A stretch of 64,000 nucleotides of DNA from Chrysomallon squamiferum (Eukaryota; Animalia; Mollusca), in the NCBI GenBank assembly GCA_012295275.1, contig CM022673.1:18290001-18354000 (forward strand), written 5' to 3'. Below are positions 1 to 12,697 of this stretch, piece by piece (position 1 is the stretch's first letter; every line of letters begins with the position of its first letter). The translations under genes were made by a program, and so were the position numbers. A model generated the notes under the pieces. The model was not told the DNA's origin. It saw only the letters and a list, made by a program, of their open reading frames with translations, and ran no database searches.

Positions 1-638
1 ATGTGCGTTTACTTGGAAGCAAGCTGTAAAATTATGTAATGTTTTCTACTTATCTCTGTATATATGTATGTATGTGTTTATGTGGATAGGCATTTACTAT
101 AAATGTTTGAGATTGTGTGATCTTAGTAGGAATGAAAGAGTGTCTGTCTGTATCTACTGATATCATGTACTTCTATTTGTATACAGAGTACGATTATTTT
201 ATTTCAATGTGATGTGTACAAACCTCGGCTGCAAATGTCCTTTTATAAGTCTATATTTACTAGTATGCCTACAGAATTTTCTTCTCATGTGTTCCAATGT
301 TTGTGTAACTGAATAATGAACAACCTGCTATCTGGCCATGAGTTTGTTTACAAAAGCAAAACAAACAAGTTAAAATAGCTGACATTGTGAAAACAATGAG
401 CTGTGTTTTCTTCAAGTATTCGTTGTATCGGTCAACAGACTGTAGTCAAAAACAGCATTAACCCGTAATAACAACACAGCCTGGCTAGGACGCAGTTTTG
501 ATCTCTAATAAATGTAGATATACTTCAAAATGTAGACTGGTTAACTTACATATTTTTAAAAATAACAACAACAAGACAAAATTAAAGTATTAAATAAATG
601 TATTTTCAGTCATTTTCTTTTTCTACTCCTTATTCTTT

Positions 639-642
<4 letters not shown>

Positions 643-737
<95 letters not shown>

Positions 738-755
738 CTGTCTGTCTGTCTGTCT
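643..755. repeat. (CT)n then (CTGT)n microsatellite
   Basis: Direct reading. Similar (CT/GA)n tracts at ~9181-9249, 10298-10389, 17952-18039, 19075-19163, 35563-35648, 41070-41172, 44314-44446, 45812-45923 and 55417-55514. Confidence 0.95.
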
Positions 756-1247
756 AACTCATTAAGTCTCCCATCTGATCTTATTATTTTGCTGCATCAG
801 TGTCACAAAATCTATATATCTTTCTTCACCTCTTTTTCTGTTTTTCTTTGTGTGAAATAAACCATGCTGAAAGAAGAAATCTGCATTAGCTTTTCATCCG
901 CAGACAAAGCCGGAATGTCAGCCAGCGTGCTACTTTTCATAGAACAAGAAAAAAAAAAAAAAAAAAAAAAAAAAATAAACAAATTCAACAAGCTGGTATT
1001 AATAACGCGCTGTAAACGATTTCATATCACCTAAATGTCACTCATGCATGAAGTCAGCTTCGTGCAAGGCAGCGTTGTAAAGAATCACTGGTGTGGAAAA
1101 AACGATGTGAAGTTACAGGTGCGGAGAATCTTGGGTGAACCGTCAACCGATGTGAATGTTCCATGTTTTCAAATATACGAGTCTAACTATATATTCATAA
1201 AAATACTCTTGAGTTGACTTTTTAGGACAGTTACAAAGTTCATTCAA

Positions 1248-1375
1248 ATGATATTTCCACCTCCCCCCCACTGTAAAATAACTTGGACCGGCGCCTTGTA
1301 TCATTGTAAAACTAAAGACCAGCAATTTGTAAAAATCTCAGATAGTGTAATACTTCAGGAAGGTTGTTCACACAG
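1248..1375 (+). other. Candidate upstream exon of the uncharacterized gene (5' UTR or in-frame N-terminal extension)
   Basis: Strong donor CAG|GTAAGC at 1375/1376. An ATG at 1248 reads open (MIFPPPPHCKITWTGALYHCKTKDQQFVKISDSVILQEGCSH) and is in frame if joined to the acceptor at 3487/3488. No transcript evidence. Confidence 0.3.
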
Positions 1376-2491
1376 GTAAGCCGTTCTTCTCTGATGACTC
1401 GTCGAAAGCTTCAAGTAACAAACTATTTAAAAATACTGTCGCGTTCCACACATATATCAACCTTACAGAGAGAAAATGTTGGTGCTCGTTGTTACGGTTT
1501 AGACCTTCAAAGCTATTAGAACGGGAAGGTAGAAAAAATATACCATTGTAGAATAGAATATATCCACTGTGTGAAAACTATGACATCGGACATGAGTTTC
1601 GTTATATATATAAATATATGTATATATATATATATATATTTTTAAGAATCAAACGAACCGTTACGTACCATTTTTATGTTAATCTAAACCAAGCATTTAT
1701 ACATTTTATAAATTATTTATTTCTTTAAAAGCTGGTGTCCTTAAAAAACATTATATTTTCTGTAATCTAATCGCGAATTTTTTGAAATCCTCTGACTGAT
1801 ATACTGATATATTGCATATTTTTTTTTATTATTATGTAATTTATTGTAAATCCACCATTTTGTTAAAAATGTTATAATTATATTAAATGTGTGAATATAT
1901 CCTCATATGTCGTAGAATACGGCCTGGTGCACAAATACATTTCAGTTCAATTTAGATGTTTTTATGTCAGCATTATATAAGTTATTTCTTTCATATCTCA
2001 TACTGCACTGAAGTCATAATAATTATTATGTTTAATTTATAATGTAATATATTTGCATACTGACACATGATTATTTATTAATATTCTCTGGCTTCATTTT
2101 TAAGATCTCTTTTGAGAAGGTAAAAGAGTTTCTCATACATTTTGAATTCTAGACTAGGATCAGCACAGTTTTGTAACTAAGCTGATTAGATTAATTTTAA
2201 TAGCCGATGTGTCTGGTATTACACCAATTAACATAATACTAAGTTTATTAAATGCCGGGCTTTCACAGTAAGTCTTACATGTTAATGAAATGACCCAACA
2301 AATTTATTGAAATGAATTACTGTAAAATAGATGTAGTACTTACACATAACACTAAAATAGAAATGTAACCGTATACAAATGTTTAAACAAAGATAGAAAA
2401 GTATGATATAAAATTCAAATCTGTTCCAATCAGAATAAAATGGTTGGTATCAAATACGTAGAACATAGCGTGTCAATGAACACGAATAAAA

Positions 2492-2526
<35 letters not shown>

Positions 2527-2900
2527 ATAGTAATAGCAATAATACTGAAAAACCCCAAACCGTCCAAATTATTGTTTGTTGTTGTTTAGTAAATACTTTA
2601 ATGGACAATATTGGAAAAATAAACTTAAAATAAATTAACAAACAAACAAATAAATAAATAAATAATAAAAAAGGAAAAAATAAAAAAATAAAAAAAATAA
2701 AAAGAAAGAAAAAAACCTATGTTAATGTAGTCGCTGTATGTGTATTTCATTAAGAAAGCTGAATGCTTAAAGATTATTCTATTTAGATTTATTAGCTGTA
2801 TTATTCTATCACCTGTCTTATGTATCTAATCAAGCCTTACTCCGCATGCTGAATTTCTGAATGTATAAAATAATTATGTTTCACACGATAAAATTCCGTT

Positions 2901-2991
2901 ATTTACGTAAATAATATGACGTCAAACAATCTTCAGACGTGACGTCAAACAGAGACGTTCCATAATGTAAAAGGTTTTCCGGTTACGTAAC
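2901..2991. promoter_or_regulatory. Cluster of palindromic bZIP sites (2x CRE, 2x PAR-bZIP/NFIL3-type)
   Basis: TTACGTAA at 2903-2910, TGACGTCA at 2917-2924 and 2940-2947, GTTACGTAAC at 2982-2991. Four palindromic sites in ~90 bp, about 500 bp upstream of the ATG-containing exon. Confidence 0.55.
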
Positions 2992-3494
2992 ATTGACGAA
3001 CAGTATTTTACTTTTGTCGATGATAGAATATGTCTTGGTGATTGAAAAACCGAAGACATGAAACAAATTGTGTACACGTTGAAATAGGAAATGTCTCACT
3101 AGAATCTGTTTATAATTTCATACTCTAACACCATACCCAGTTAATTTTGTGTAAACAAATCAACAAAAAATGAGATCGCGTCGAAGACCCAAATGTCGGT
3201 TCGTAATTTTTTTTTACTTTACAGAGGCAAGAAACACACAGACACAAACTCCTCTCCTAAACATACGTATGCACGTACAAGGTACATAGACCATACAAAT
3301 AAACATAAAAATCTAAGCACACACAGTCACTGACACAAGAATATACATAATTGCTCGAAATATCGAGTAGCGAAAAGATTCGAATCTGTAAACCCTAAAT
3401 AATCAGTGGAAGTACTAGTTGACTCCCCATCAGATGTTAAACATTATTAATAAACAGAATAACACTCATGTTTTATCTGTTTTACAGTATCAAG

Positions 3495-6400
3495 ATGGAT
3501 GGATTTCCAAAGGCTATTATTATAGCTCGACTAGAAGACGTTATCAACAACGTGAACATGTTGTACCGTCTGGTTAAACCGACCCCTGGAAAGGACGCCG
3601 TCGAATCAGCATCCGGTCTTGTCAACGTCATTCCACAGCGAAGGTATCTTCATAAATAGTTTTGTAACTTCTGTTCTTTTTCGAACTTTGTTTTGTTTTG
3701 TTTTGTTTCGTTTCGTTTCGTTTCGTTTCGTTTCGTTTCGTTTTGTTTTGTTTTGTTTTTGTTTTTGTTTGGTTTGGTTTATTTTGGTTTTCTTAAGCAA
3801 CATCAGTTCTTAATGGTCATTTATCAACAAACGGTTTTGTAAAGTCACATTCTATTGGCCACTGGTCAGTCACTCAAATCTGAAGTATTAGAAGAAAAAT
3901 GTACAACCGTTTTATGTATCATCTTGACAAAGTTAGTGTTTTGAATATTTCTGGACTCAATATGAGTTCATTACAGTGTAAATGTCTTACGAAAATACAG
4001 TAACAAACAGAATGTTTTTAGTATTAATGTTATGATGTAACTTTACACGTGTACCAGATGAGCTAATAATGTGACAAGTCTTCAGAAAGTTCGCATTAAT
4101 TATTTATGTATTCACACATTTATTTTATTTATTTCATTTTAATTACACTGTATAATAAATCCTTAATGCACTTGTCTTCTGTCTAAGGAATAGTTTATTT
4201 CTGACAGGACGTCTTTTTAAACCGATGGATGTAATCATTAGAATGTTAAACCTAACACTGACTTACTTTCTTACAGAGCGTATCGCATGCATAGAGAGTC
4301 AGAAATTGAAGTTTTCAAACGTGAATTGCTGAAGCGCCCCCTGGTGTTACAGCCTGTCTGTCACACTGGGGTTGGGTGCAACGTGAGAGGAATGGGTTGT
4401 GGAATGTGTTACACTGATGGTGGGTGATTTTACTGGAACATAATTTTATGTCCTTAACACGTCGAATCTAGTCTGTTTACATCCATTAAACATTTTAATT
4501 TTTATTATTATTTTTTTTAACAGTTTATTAAATTACATATATAATATTTATCTGTGTTCATTCAGAAACACACACACGCACAACACATACAGACACACAC
4601 TCGGACACAAAGATGGTGAACTAATTAAGTAACTATCGATTACAATTCAGATAACTGGGTTTTGCTGATCAACCAAACGCATCCAAAAGTTCTGGGCAGA
4701 CTGCAGATGGGTGCAGACGCCGCTAAAGCCGCCATGAAAAGAGGAGATCCTTTTGTACTTCAGGTTAGAAAACAACATCGTAAAGAGTTTTGTCGTGTTT
4801 CTGACACAGCAGCACAGCTGGACGAGGAACATTTGCTCATTCAAACTGGCGCCTTTTCAAGAATAACCAAGCTCTAGTTCATTTATGCGATAAATGTTGA
4901 ATCTTATTATTTCTTATATTTTTCGTTTTATTTTAATTTATTATTAAAAACAAATATAGACTGGGTTATCTTTGCTCACCAGTGAAAGACAATCGGCTAA
5001 CGATATGGATTTTAATAAAGTAATAGATATTACTGGAATCAAACTAAGACAAAAGACATTTGATACATTGCTCTGTTTTGTTTTCCTCTTAGGTTTCAAA
5101 GATGTTTTTATTATAATTTTTTCCTTCTTCTTCTTTTCTTTTTAAAGTTTATATTTTACTGGGTTTTTTTTACTGGTTTATTGTATTATTTTTTAAATGT
5201 GTATTTGTTTATTTATTGTTTATTTGTAATTAATTAATTAATTTGTTCTGTGTGTTTGTTTGTTTGTTTGTTTGTTTACCTGTGTGTTACTCGACAGTAC
5301 AAGTTCGGCACGCTGTTGGAACGGCTTCACAAAGAACTGTTCAGCTCGTCGACCACGAACGAGGACCTGACTCACGCCGAGTGGGACTTCGCGGAGATCA
5401 CTGTCAGGTTTCCAGGAAAGCTGATGGAGATTCCGTCCAAAGAAAGATTAAAAGATCCTCTCTTCATTCTCGATCATTACATTCCTAAAGTAAGTGTTTT
5501 ACCTTTGTCAAATGTATGTCAAGTTGAAAGGTTCCTGTAGCAGAACTGTCAGTATTTTGACGTGTTATCTCAGATTGTGATTTTTTTAAAAATAGACGTA
5601 GATCACATAACGTATCTGATAATTGGATGATCTAATTCTGAACTGCACATTTAATTATGGAATGATAACAGCGTTTTCTCTTGTACAATTAAATAAATAG
5701 AAATGATACATTAACAAACAGTGTTGTAATAGTGAGTGTTGTTTTGTTTTAACAGTGCAAGGAACTCATATTTGATTTTGGTGACCTCGATGCTGAAGAA
5801 ATGTGTGTGATAGAAGCGTGTATACCAAAGTATGCTTGTGAACCTGTTCAGCCTATCACTGCAGGTAAAAGATAAACTCTTAGACGTGTTTAAATGTTTT
5901 GTTTTACCCCTGTCTTTGTTATCCTTATATTCATCTCAGTGGTTGCATGTCTCTGTTTGTTTGTGTTTGATGGAGAGAGAAAAAGACTGTATGTACGAAA
6001 ACAATAATCACAAAGAAATACTAAAGTTTACATTTTATTGTTTATTACAGAAGAGATCAGATATTTTCTGCCGGGGTGGACAGTGAACGAAATCTCGCCA
6101 CTGGACAACATTGGGGACACAATCCCAGAAACATACAGCTATGCACAAGCCGGTCGTCTGTATGAAAGTTTTCGCAGGAAAAAAAGGCCAAATCCTCGAG
6201 CAAGGTCTACAGAGACAAACAGTACAGAGATAGAACTGTCAGAATTCCACACAGAACAAGCGACGTCACCACCGTTGTCGCCAGGAGTCCACAGTTACCA
6301 GCAAAGAACTGTTGCATTTCAGCAGAACCTGTACCCCAAAGTGAACATTTCCAGCTACTCGCCCAGTAACTGCTCATCTGGGTACCGCGAGGACTTTGAC

Positions 6401-6955
6401 CGCCTGCAGCACCGAGACAGCGACAGGTCACAGTCGACTATCGCCAGCTCTGGGGCGGCAGACAGCGGCTATGCCGGTCACGACAGCGATGGGTACGGAG
6501 ACATGAACCAAGGTCACAAGCGGATAATGGATCCGTACAGCCGTGCAGGGCGTTGCAGGAACCAGTATGAAAATCTCGGCTATCTGCCAGACGAGGACCT
6601 GGAGGCGGAAGCGCTGAGGAGGCATGCTGATCTAGTGACTCACATGCTGAAGCTGAGAGCAGAAAATACTGGTGAGTCAACAGGCAACAGTGACCATCAT
6701 TCCGCTGCTTCTTATGTAAACACACAATATAAAGGAAATGGTGCTGACTATTATGCGGACAGGTCACTAGGTGGGTTTTACAACACTTCAGACTTAATAA
6801 GATCAGTCGGTCCCTCTTTCAGTGACTCCCAGGCTCAACCGAAAAAGAGTAGAGCTCTTCGCGAGATTCATGGAAGACCTGTAGCTGGTTCTTCATCTGA
6901 TTTCACAAACACGTCACACATACCAGTGGAACCAATGGCAGAATCTTTTATCTGA
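3495..6955 (+). CDS. Uncharacterized 536-aa protein, 6 coding exons: 3495-3643, 4277-4419, 4651-4763, 5298-5489, 5756-5864, 6051-6955
   Basis: All five introns are GT..AG with pyrimidine-rich acceptors and matching phases (2,1,0,0,1). The spliced CDS is 1611 nt (537 codons) with no internal stop: MDGFPKAIIIARLEDV...RAYRMHRESEIEVFKRELLKRPLVLQPVCHTGVGCNVRGMGCGMCYTDDNWVLL...YKFGTLLERLHKELF...CKELIFDFGDLD...EEIRYFLPGW...PMAESFI*. Exons are GC-richer than introns. I recognise no family, signal peptide or TM segment. Confidence 0.85.
3686..3790. repeat. (TTTTG)n/(TTTCG)n pentanucleotide microsatellite in intron 1 of the uncharacterized gene
   Basis: Direct reading. Confidence 0.9.
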
Positions 6956-9176
6956 AGTAATGTATGAAGTAAATACAACGTTCTTTCTGAAACAGATAGT
7001 GTTTTAAGTGATTTCGTTCTAGGATAAAACACACTAAATATTTACACATATTAGAAAGAATGGTTGACATTTCTCTCACGTCTTCTATTTACGATTACAT
7101 CAATTTAGCAAATTTTACTGATGTGTTAAAAATCTTCTTGGCTTTCGTTTCACAGGAAGACGAAACAGTTAAAGTACTTGTCTATGATATATTTTATAAA
7201 TTTGTCAAAATTGCCAGTTATCGTTAGAGTGCTTTGATACCAAACAAACCTCTTGGCTGTTGTGAAAGCTTTTAGAAAATGGGTAATTTACACATATAGT
7301 GATGTGAAATCTGTCAGACTGCTTCCTTTTATTCACATGTTATCTCTACATGATCGTTTTAATTAGCTGTCAAATGTATATAGGTTAAGTCTTAATGAAA
7401 AAGTTACTGTTAGTAACCGTAATGAAGTTTAGAAACGGCTTAAAACGATATATTACATGGAATAGCTACTGTATAATGGAGGGTAAACCTCTGTCGTATT
7501 TTCCGAGTGATTCAGAGGATAAGAAAGATCAAAATCTGTTTTATTGAGTAGTATGCTGGGAGTGTCTACATCCATTATCAGGTTGTTTAAAAAAACTCCC
7601 AAAACCCCAGAGATGATGGTGCAAGCATTTGTGACAATACATCCTACAGTTAACCATCAGTTCTTAGCAAAATGGAGACAGACGATATTTGTGTGGCTTT
7701 AGGATAATTGTCGTAGTAAGGAATGAAGCAGCACTTTGAAGTTTTACCATTTTTCTGTTTCTTTCACAGCAGTCTTCAGAAACGTTTATAATACGTCACA
7801 GAGATTTAAATGTACTTTTCTGTTAAACTGATGTATGTATTTGTAATTTCTGTGAGCCTTATGTTAGTTATTATAACAAGCTTCTAATACACTACCTATA
7901 GAAAAGAGCAGTTAAATCCACGTTATAAAAATACATTTTAACTATAAAATAATGTGTATGGAGACACTGTGTATATAAATCAAAGTTCGTATTATGAAGA
8001 TGGATGTGTATGAGTGTATTTACAATGTTTCTACAAAGATATAAAATATAAAATATAAACTCTTAAATTTAAAGTGATTTACTGGTATGAGTATGTATAA
8101 TAACTATGGCTATGTAACGAATGGTGGAAAATAACTAAAATACTAAAGCTGTATTTAAACCTGATCTGTTAAAAATGTGATATTGACAATACGTGCGTTA
8201 AGGTTAGTGTTGATAATAAAAAACATTATTACTAGATAAAAACGACAACTCAAAACTCAGATATAAACACAACAATAACAGTTTCAAGTTTAATGTTTCA
8301 TAAAGCAAAAAAAAAAACCTGTTTTAAATGTTCATTTGTTTGCAAAAACGTGACCAATTTTAACCAGTTTATCAAATTGTTGTGTTTGCTGTTTACTTAA
8401 TCTGTTTTTTGTCGTAACGTAAGTGAAAAAGATTTTAATTTTAATTTTTATGTTTAATTATTTTGTTCTAATATGTAATCACTTACACAGCTGGTTGATT
8501 GTTACTGTTTGTGTAGTGTTCATTTTAAATCAAGCTTCTGTTTTACTTTTTAATACGTTTTACTTTGTTGTTTCTTAGTTACAATGTTTAGTTATTTTTT
8601 TTTTTCATTATCTTTCTTCCGATTTTTCTTTTTTTCTTTTTTTAATTATTATTATTATTATTTATTTATTTATTTTTTTATTTATTTTATTTATTTATTT
8701 ATTTATTTTTTTTTTTTCTATTTATTTATCATGATTATTTTTTATTGTATTATATTTTATTTTTATCTGTCATTTATGGAATTTATAATGGTTTGTTTAC
8801 GTTTCAAATTACATCAAGTAAAAAAAAAAAAAAAAAAACAACCATTGTTTACTTTTCTTTCTAGTCTATTAATAACAAAGTACATAATGTATATAAACAG
8901 TGACCTGCAATTGTCGCCATTTTCTCTTTTTTCTTATCACAAATTGTATAAAATGGTATTATTTTTTTCTTAGCTTCAGTTATATGTATCTTTCATCTGT
9001 GATCATATGTAAATATTAACATAGTTTTACTGTTTCCAATCATTATTTTTTACAATAATAATTTTAAAATAATAAAAACCAATAAAATAACAACAAATCC
9101 AACAATAAAGAAATAAATTAATACAAAAATTATATTACCTTTGTTTCTGTTTGATTCTTTCTATCTTTACTTCACT

Positions 9177-9253
<77 letters not shown>

Positions 9254-10293
9254 CTATTTATCCATATCACTTCCCCGTTCTCTCTTTTCAGTCGATTCCA
9301 ACTTTTCACAAAACAATAATTTATCTAAAATCTACCTCGTCATCTGCATCAAAACCTAAAAGATTATGTTGATGTTTAAAGAAAGTACGAGTATATTTTA
9401 TTATTACACTTTCTAATCATACTTTTCTTTCTATCTTTTTCTTTTTTCAACATAAATAAAAACAAAACTGTTTTTTATTTAGTTTTGGGGGGGGGGGGAT
9501 TAAATTGTGTTTAAATATTTGAATTGATTTAGAATCCAGGAGCTTTATCCACTACATGACTCAGCAAACATGAGGACTGTGAGCGTATACAGAACTATTA
9601 GTTAATATTTTAAACTTAGTCCCTTTTCATATCTTTGATGTATTATAAATTGATGTGTGTTTTAAATTTTATTTATTTATGATATTTTATATATATACAT
9701 GTAACCTTTCTCTCGTAAATTGTGTTACTTAAATATTATGAGAGGAGGTTAATTTATTACTTTTTAATTTTTTTTTTTTTTTTATTATTCTCTATTTTTA
9801 TTCACTCCTGACAAATATTCCCAGTGGGCTTATTCTTGTTGATGTTTGCTGGGAATTAATGTGTGTGTGTGCGTGCGTGCGTGCAGGCGTGTGTGTGTGT
9901 GTGTGTGATTATATATAAAGTCTATATCACTTGGCTTCCAGTATATCTAATATTTTTTTTAAAAGCTCAACTGTATTATATTTTCAGAAAATGACAATTC
10001 ATGTGTATATTTTCATTTCCGTGTATTCTAATCTTCATTATACTGTCAATCTCTTTATTTCATGTGCATGTGTGCGACTGCGTGTTTTAAATCGATTTAT
10101 TTTGGCATATATTTTTTTTATATTTTGTTGTCCGCGTTAGTAATAAATAATTATGAAAGAGTAAATAAATATTTTTACATGACTTATTTTGCATAAAATA
10201 AAAACAATTCTGAGAGAAAAATATAGGTTTGTTATGTTTTCAATTTTCAGTCTTATTATTATTATTATTCTCATTACGTATAATGGAAAGAGC

Positions 10294-10392
<99 letters not shown>

Positions 10393-10888
10393 CATATCTA
10401 AGAAACAAAATAAAATAGTTTATAACTTGACTGATTTCAAGTTGTTTTAACAACACATTGTTATGAACCCAGTATCAAGAAATATTGAAATGTAAAACAA
10501 GTAAATTACTAAATAAAATTTGACTTGTTTTACGAGTCCAGTACAGGTTCTAAAATTTCCAAAACTATGCTGGCTTTCTTCTCCAAGGTGAAAGACGGGG
10601 CATATAAAATATAAATATTTTTATTATAACGATTAATAAGAATAGTGCACTGATTTAGTGAGTTTGATTGTAAATTAATAGCGTTTTATTATAAAGTGCA
10701 CTGAGGTGTCGTATAGCTAACTGAGATCTCATATTGTGTTATTTGGAAATATCCGTATTGACATTACGTAAGTTGAAGCGTTATATAGACAAACTGGGTT
10801 ATTTGTATTTGAAACTTTTTTACAAATAATAATTTTTAGCATAATACAAATTAAAAAGTTTACTATTATTATTATTATCATCATTATG

Positions 10889-10955
<67 letters not shown>

Positions 10956-12013
10956 GTTTTATGTTTTAGTAATTAAATTTATATGTTTACTTTTTTATTT
11001 ATTTATTTGTTTCTTTGTTTATTTGTTTGTTTATTAGTAATAAAAAATGTGAATAATGCTCTGTTTCTAGAACGCTGTAAACGTGTGACTGGAAATCGCG
11101 CTGAGGTTTGATTGGAAATCGCGCTGAGGTTTCATCTTCAAAGTCAGTGGCAATCTTCAGTTGGAAGTTTTCTCTGATTAAAAGTAGGACTGGGATGTCA
11201 GCTCGGGCTCGGAGAGAAAGAAAATCTGTTAAATTCTGTGACATGTTTTAAATGTTCTTTTTACAACAGAAGTTTATAAAAGTGCCGGTACATTAGAAAT
11301 GACACTAACAAAAGAGAAGAAACTTTATAAAATTTAACATGTGACAATCTAAACTGCAGCAACTATTTGACATGTAATCAACTTTTTATAATTGTCTCTT
11401 TCTGTATCAAATTAAAATGAAATAAAAAATAAAACATTACGTCAAATAATTATTCCCTGAGGTAAAAAAAAAAGAAATTCCTGTTATATTTTATGTATAC
11501 TTTAAAACAATTTTTTTCTTAGTTTTATATCTTGTATTAACAGAAAACTATGATATCGATTGCAAATATTAAAATAGATAAATAAAAAAATATATATATA
11601 GATATATAATTCTGTGATATAAAAACAGGCTACCAGGTTTTCTGTTTTACCATCAACAACATATCTACAAGAAGAAATCTCTAAAACATTAAATTAAGCG
11701 TTTCTGTTATTTTTTAAAATCTCTATAACCTTTTTTCATAACCCAACGCAAAGTAATTTACAGATATGTACTGTGTTAAGAACGAAACAAAACAAGGTAA
11801 ACTAAACAGGTCATTGCTTTCCTGTATGATGACAATTTTATAAAGTTACCATTTGTTTCTTTGCTCGATATTTTCTCTCGTTTTTACGTAGGCAATTAAG
11901 ACGACATCGATATAAACTAATTGAGAAAACCTTAAAAGAAAAATGAGCGAGTAATGAACACGTTTCTGTGAGGATTCAGATATTTAAACTGTTTGTCAAG
12001 TTGTTATTTTCAG

Positions 12014-12060
12014 ATGGTAAAAACAAATACAAGTCACTAGTAATGATCTCTGCTAACATG
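12014..12060 (+). other. Candidate 47-nt upstream micro-exon of the GPCR gene
   Basis: Acceptor TTATTTTCAG| at 12013 and perfect donor ATG|GTAAGT at 12060/12061. Splicing to the acceptor at 12688/12689 puts ATG 12043 in frame (MISANM-THT-MTLV...). Confidence 0.35.
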
Positions 12061-12697
12061 GTAAGTAGTGACTGTTTTATGGTAATATTTTATTCTTTCT
12101 CTTTCGAGTTCTGTTTTCTAGAAAGAGACAAGACAGTGAACCTATATCAAAGCTGTATAAGTACAGACATTAAATTTTTTCATCAGCATGACTGTTTTTT
12201 AATCCTACAAACGTTCGATTCATGCAGTTTAGTTTTGTTTTATTCCCGTTTCCATAAATGTCTTTGTAATACTGGAACGAAGAACAAGCGACAGTTTCAA
12301 GGTTGATAAAAAATGGAATATTTTATTTTAATTCTTTCATAGTTAAAGTTCAAAATTGTGATGACCATCCCAGTGATATGGTCTAAGAATATTGAACTAA
12401 TGTATAAAAATGACGTTTGGATATATATATATATATAATTTTTTTTTCTTATTTGGAGTTGTATTGTTGTTGATTGTGTCGCTGATGTTATTTGCTGTTT
12501 TCTTTTCTTTCTTTTTTCTTCCTCGTCCTTTTCCTTCATCACAACTCTCGCCACCGCATTCTTCCTTATCTTTTAATTTCTGTGCAGCTCTGTTCATCAT
12601 CTGTGTCATCATTATCCTCATCGTCGTCGTCTTCTTCGTCAGTATTACCAACACAGCTAAACGATCAGGAATATTTAAACATTTTCAGACACATACA

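Noticed and set aside
1391-1420. Minimal hammerhead-like string CTGATGACTCGTCGAAAGCTT
   Set aside because: Stem II would close on a C-C mismatch and stem I pairs poorly. Single copy, with no Penelope-type context.
12410-12697. 96-aa hydrophobic N-terminal extension of the GPCR in the ORF track (extra TM helices)
   Set aside because: T-rich low-complexity intronic sequence upstream of a clear splice acceptor at 12688.
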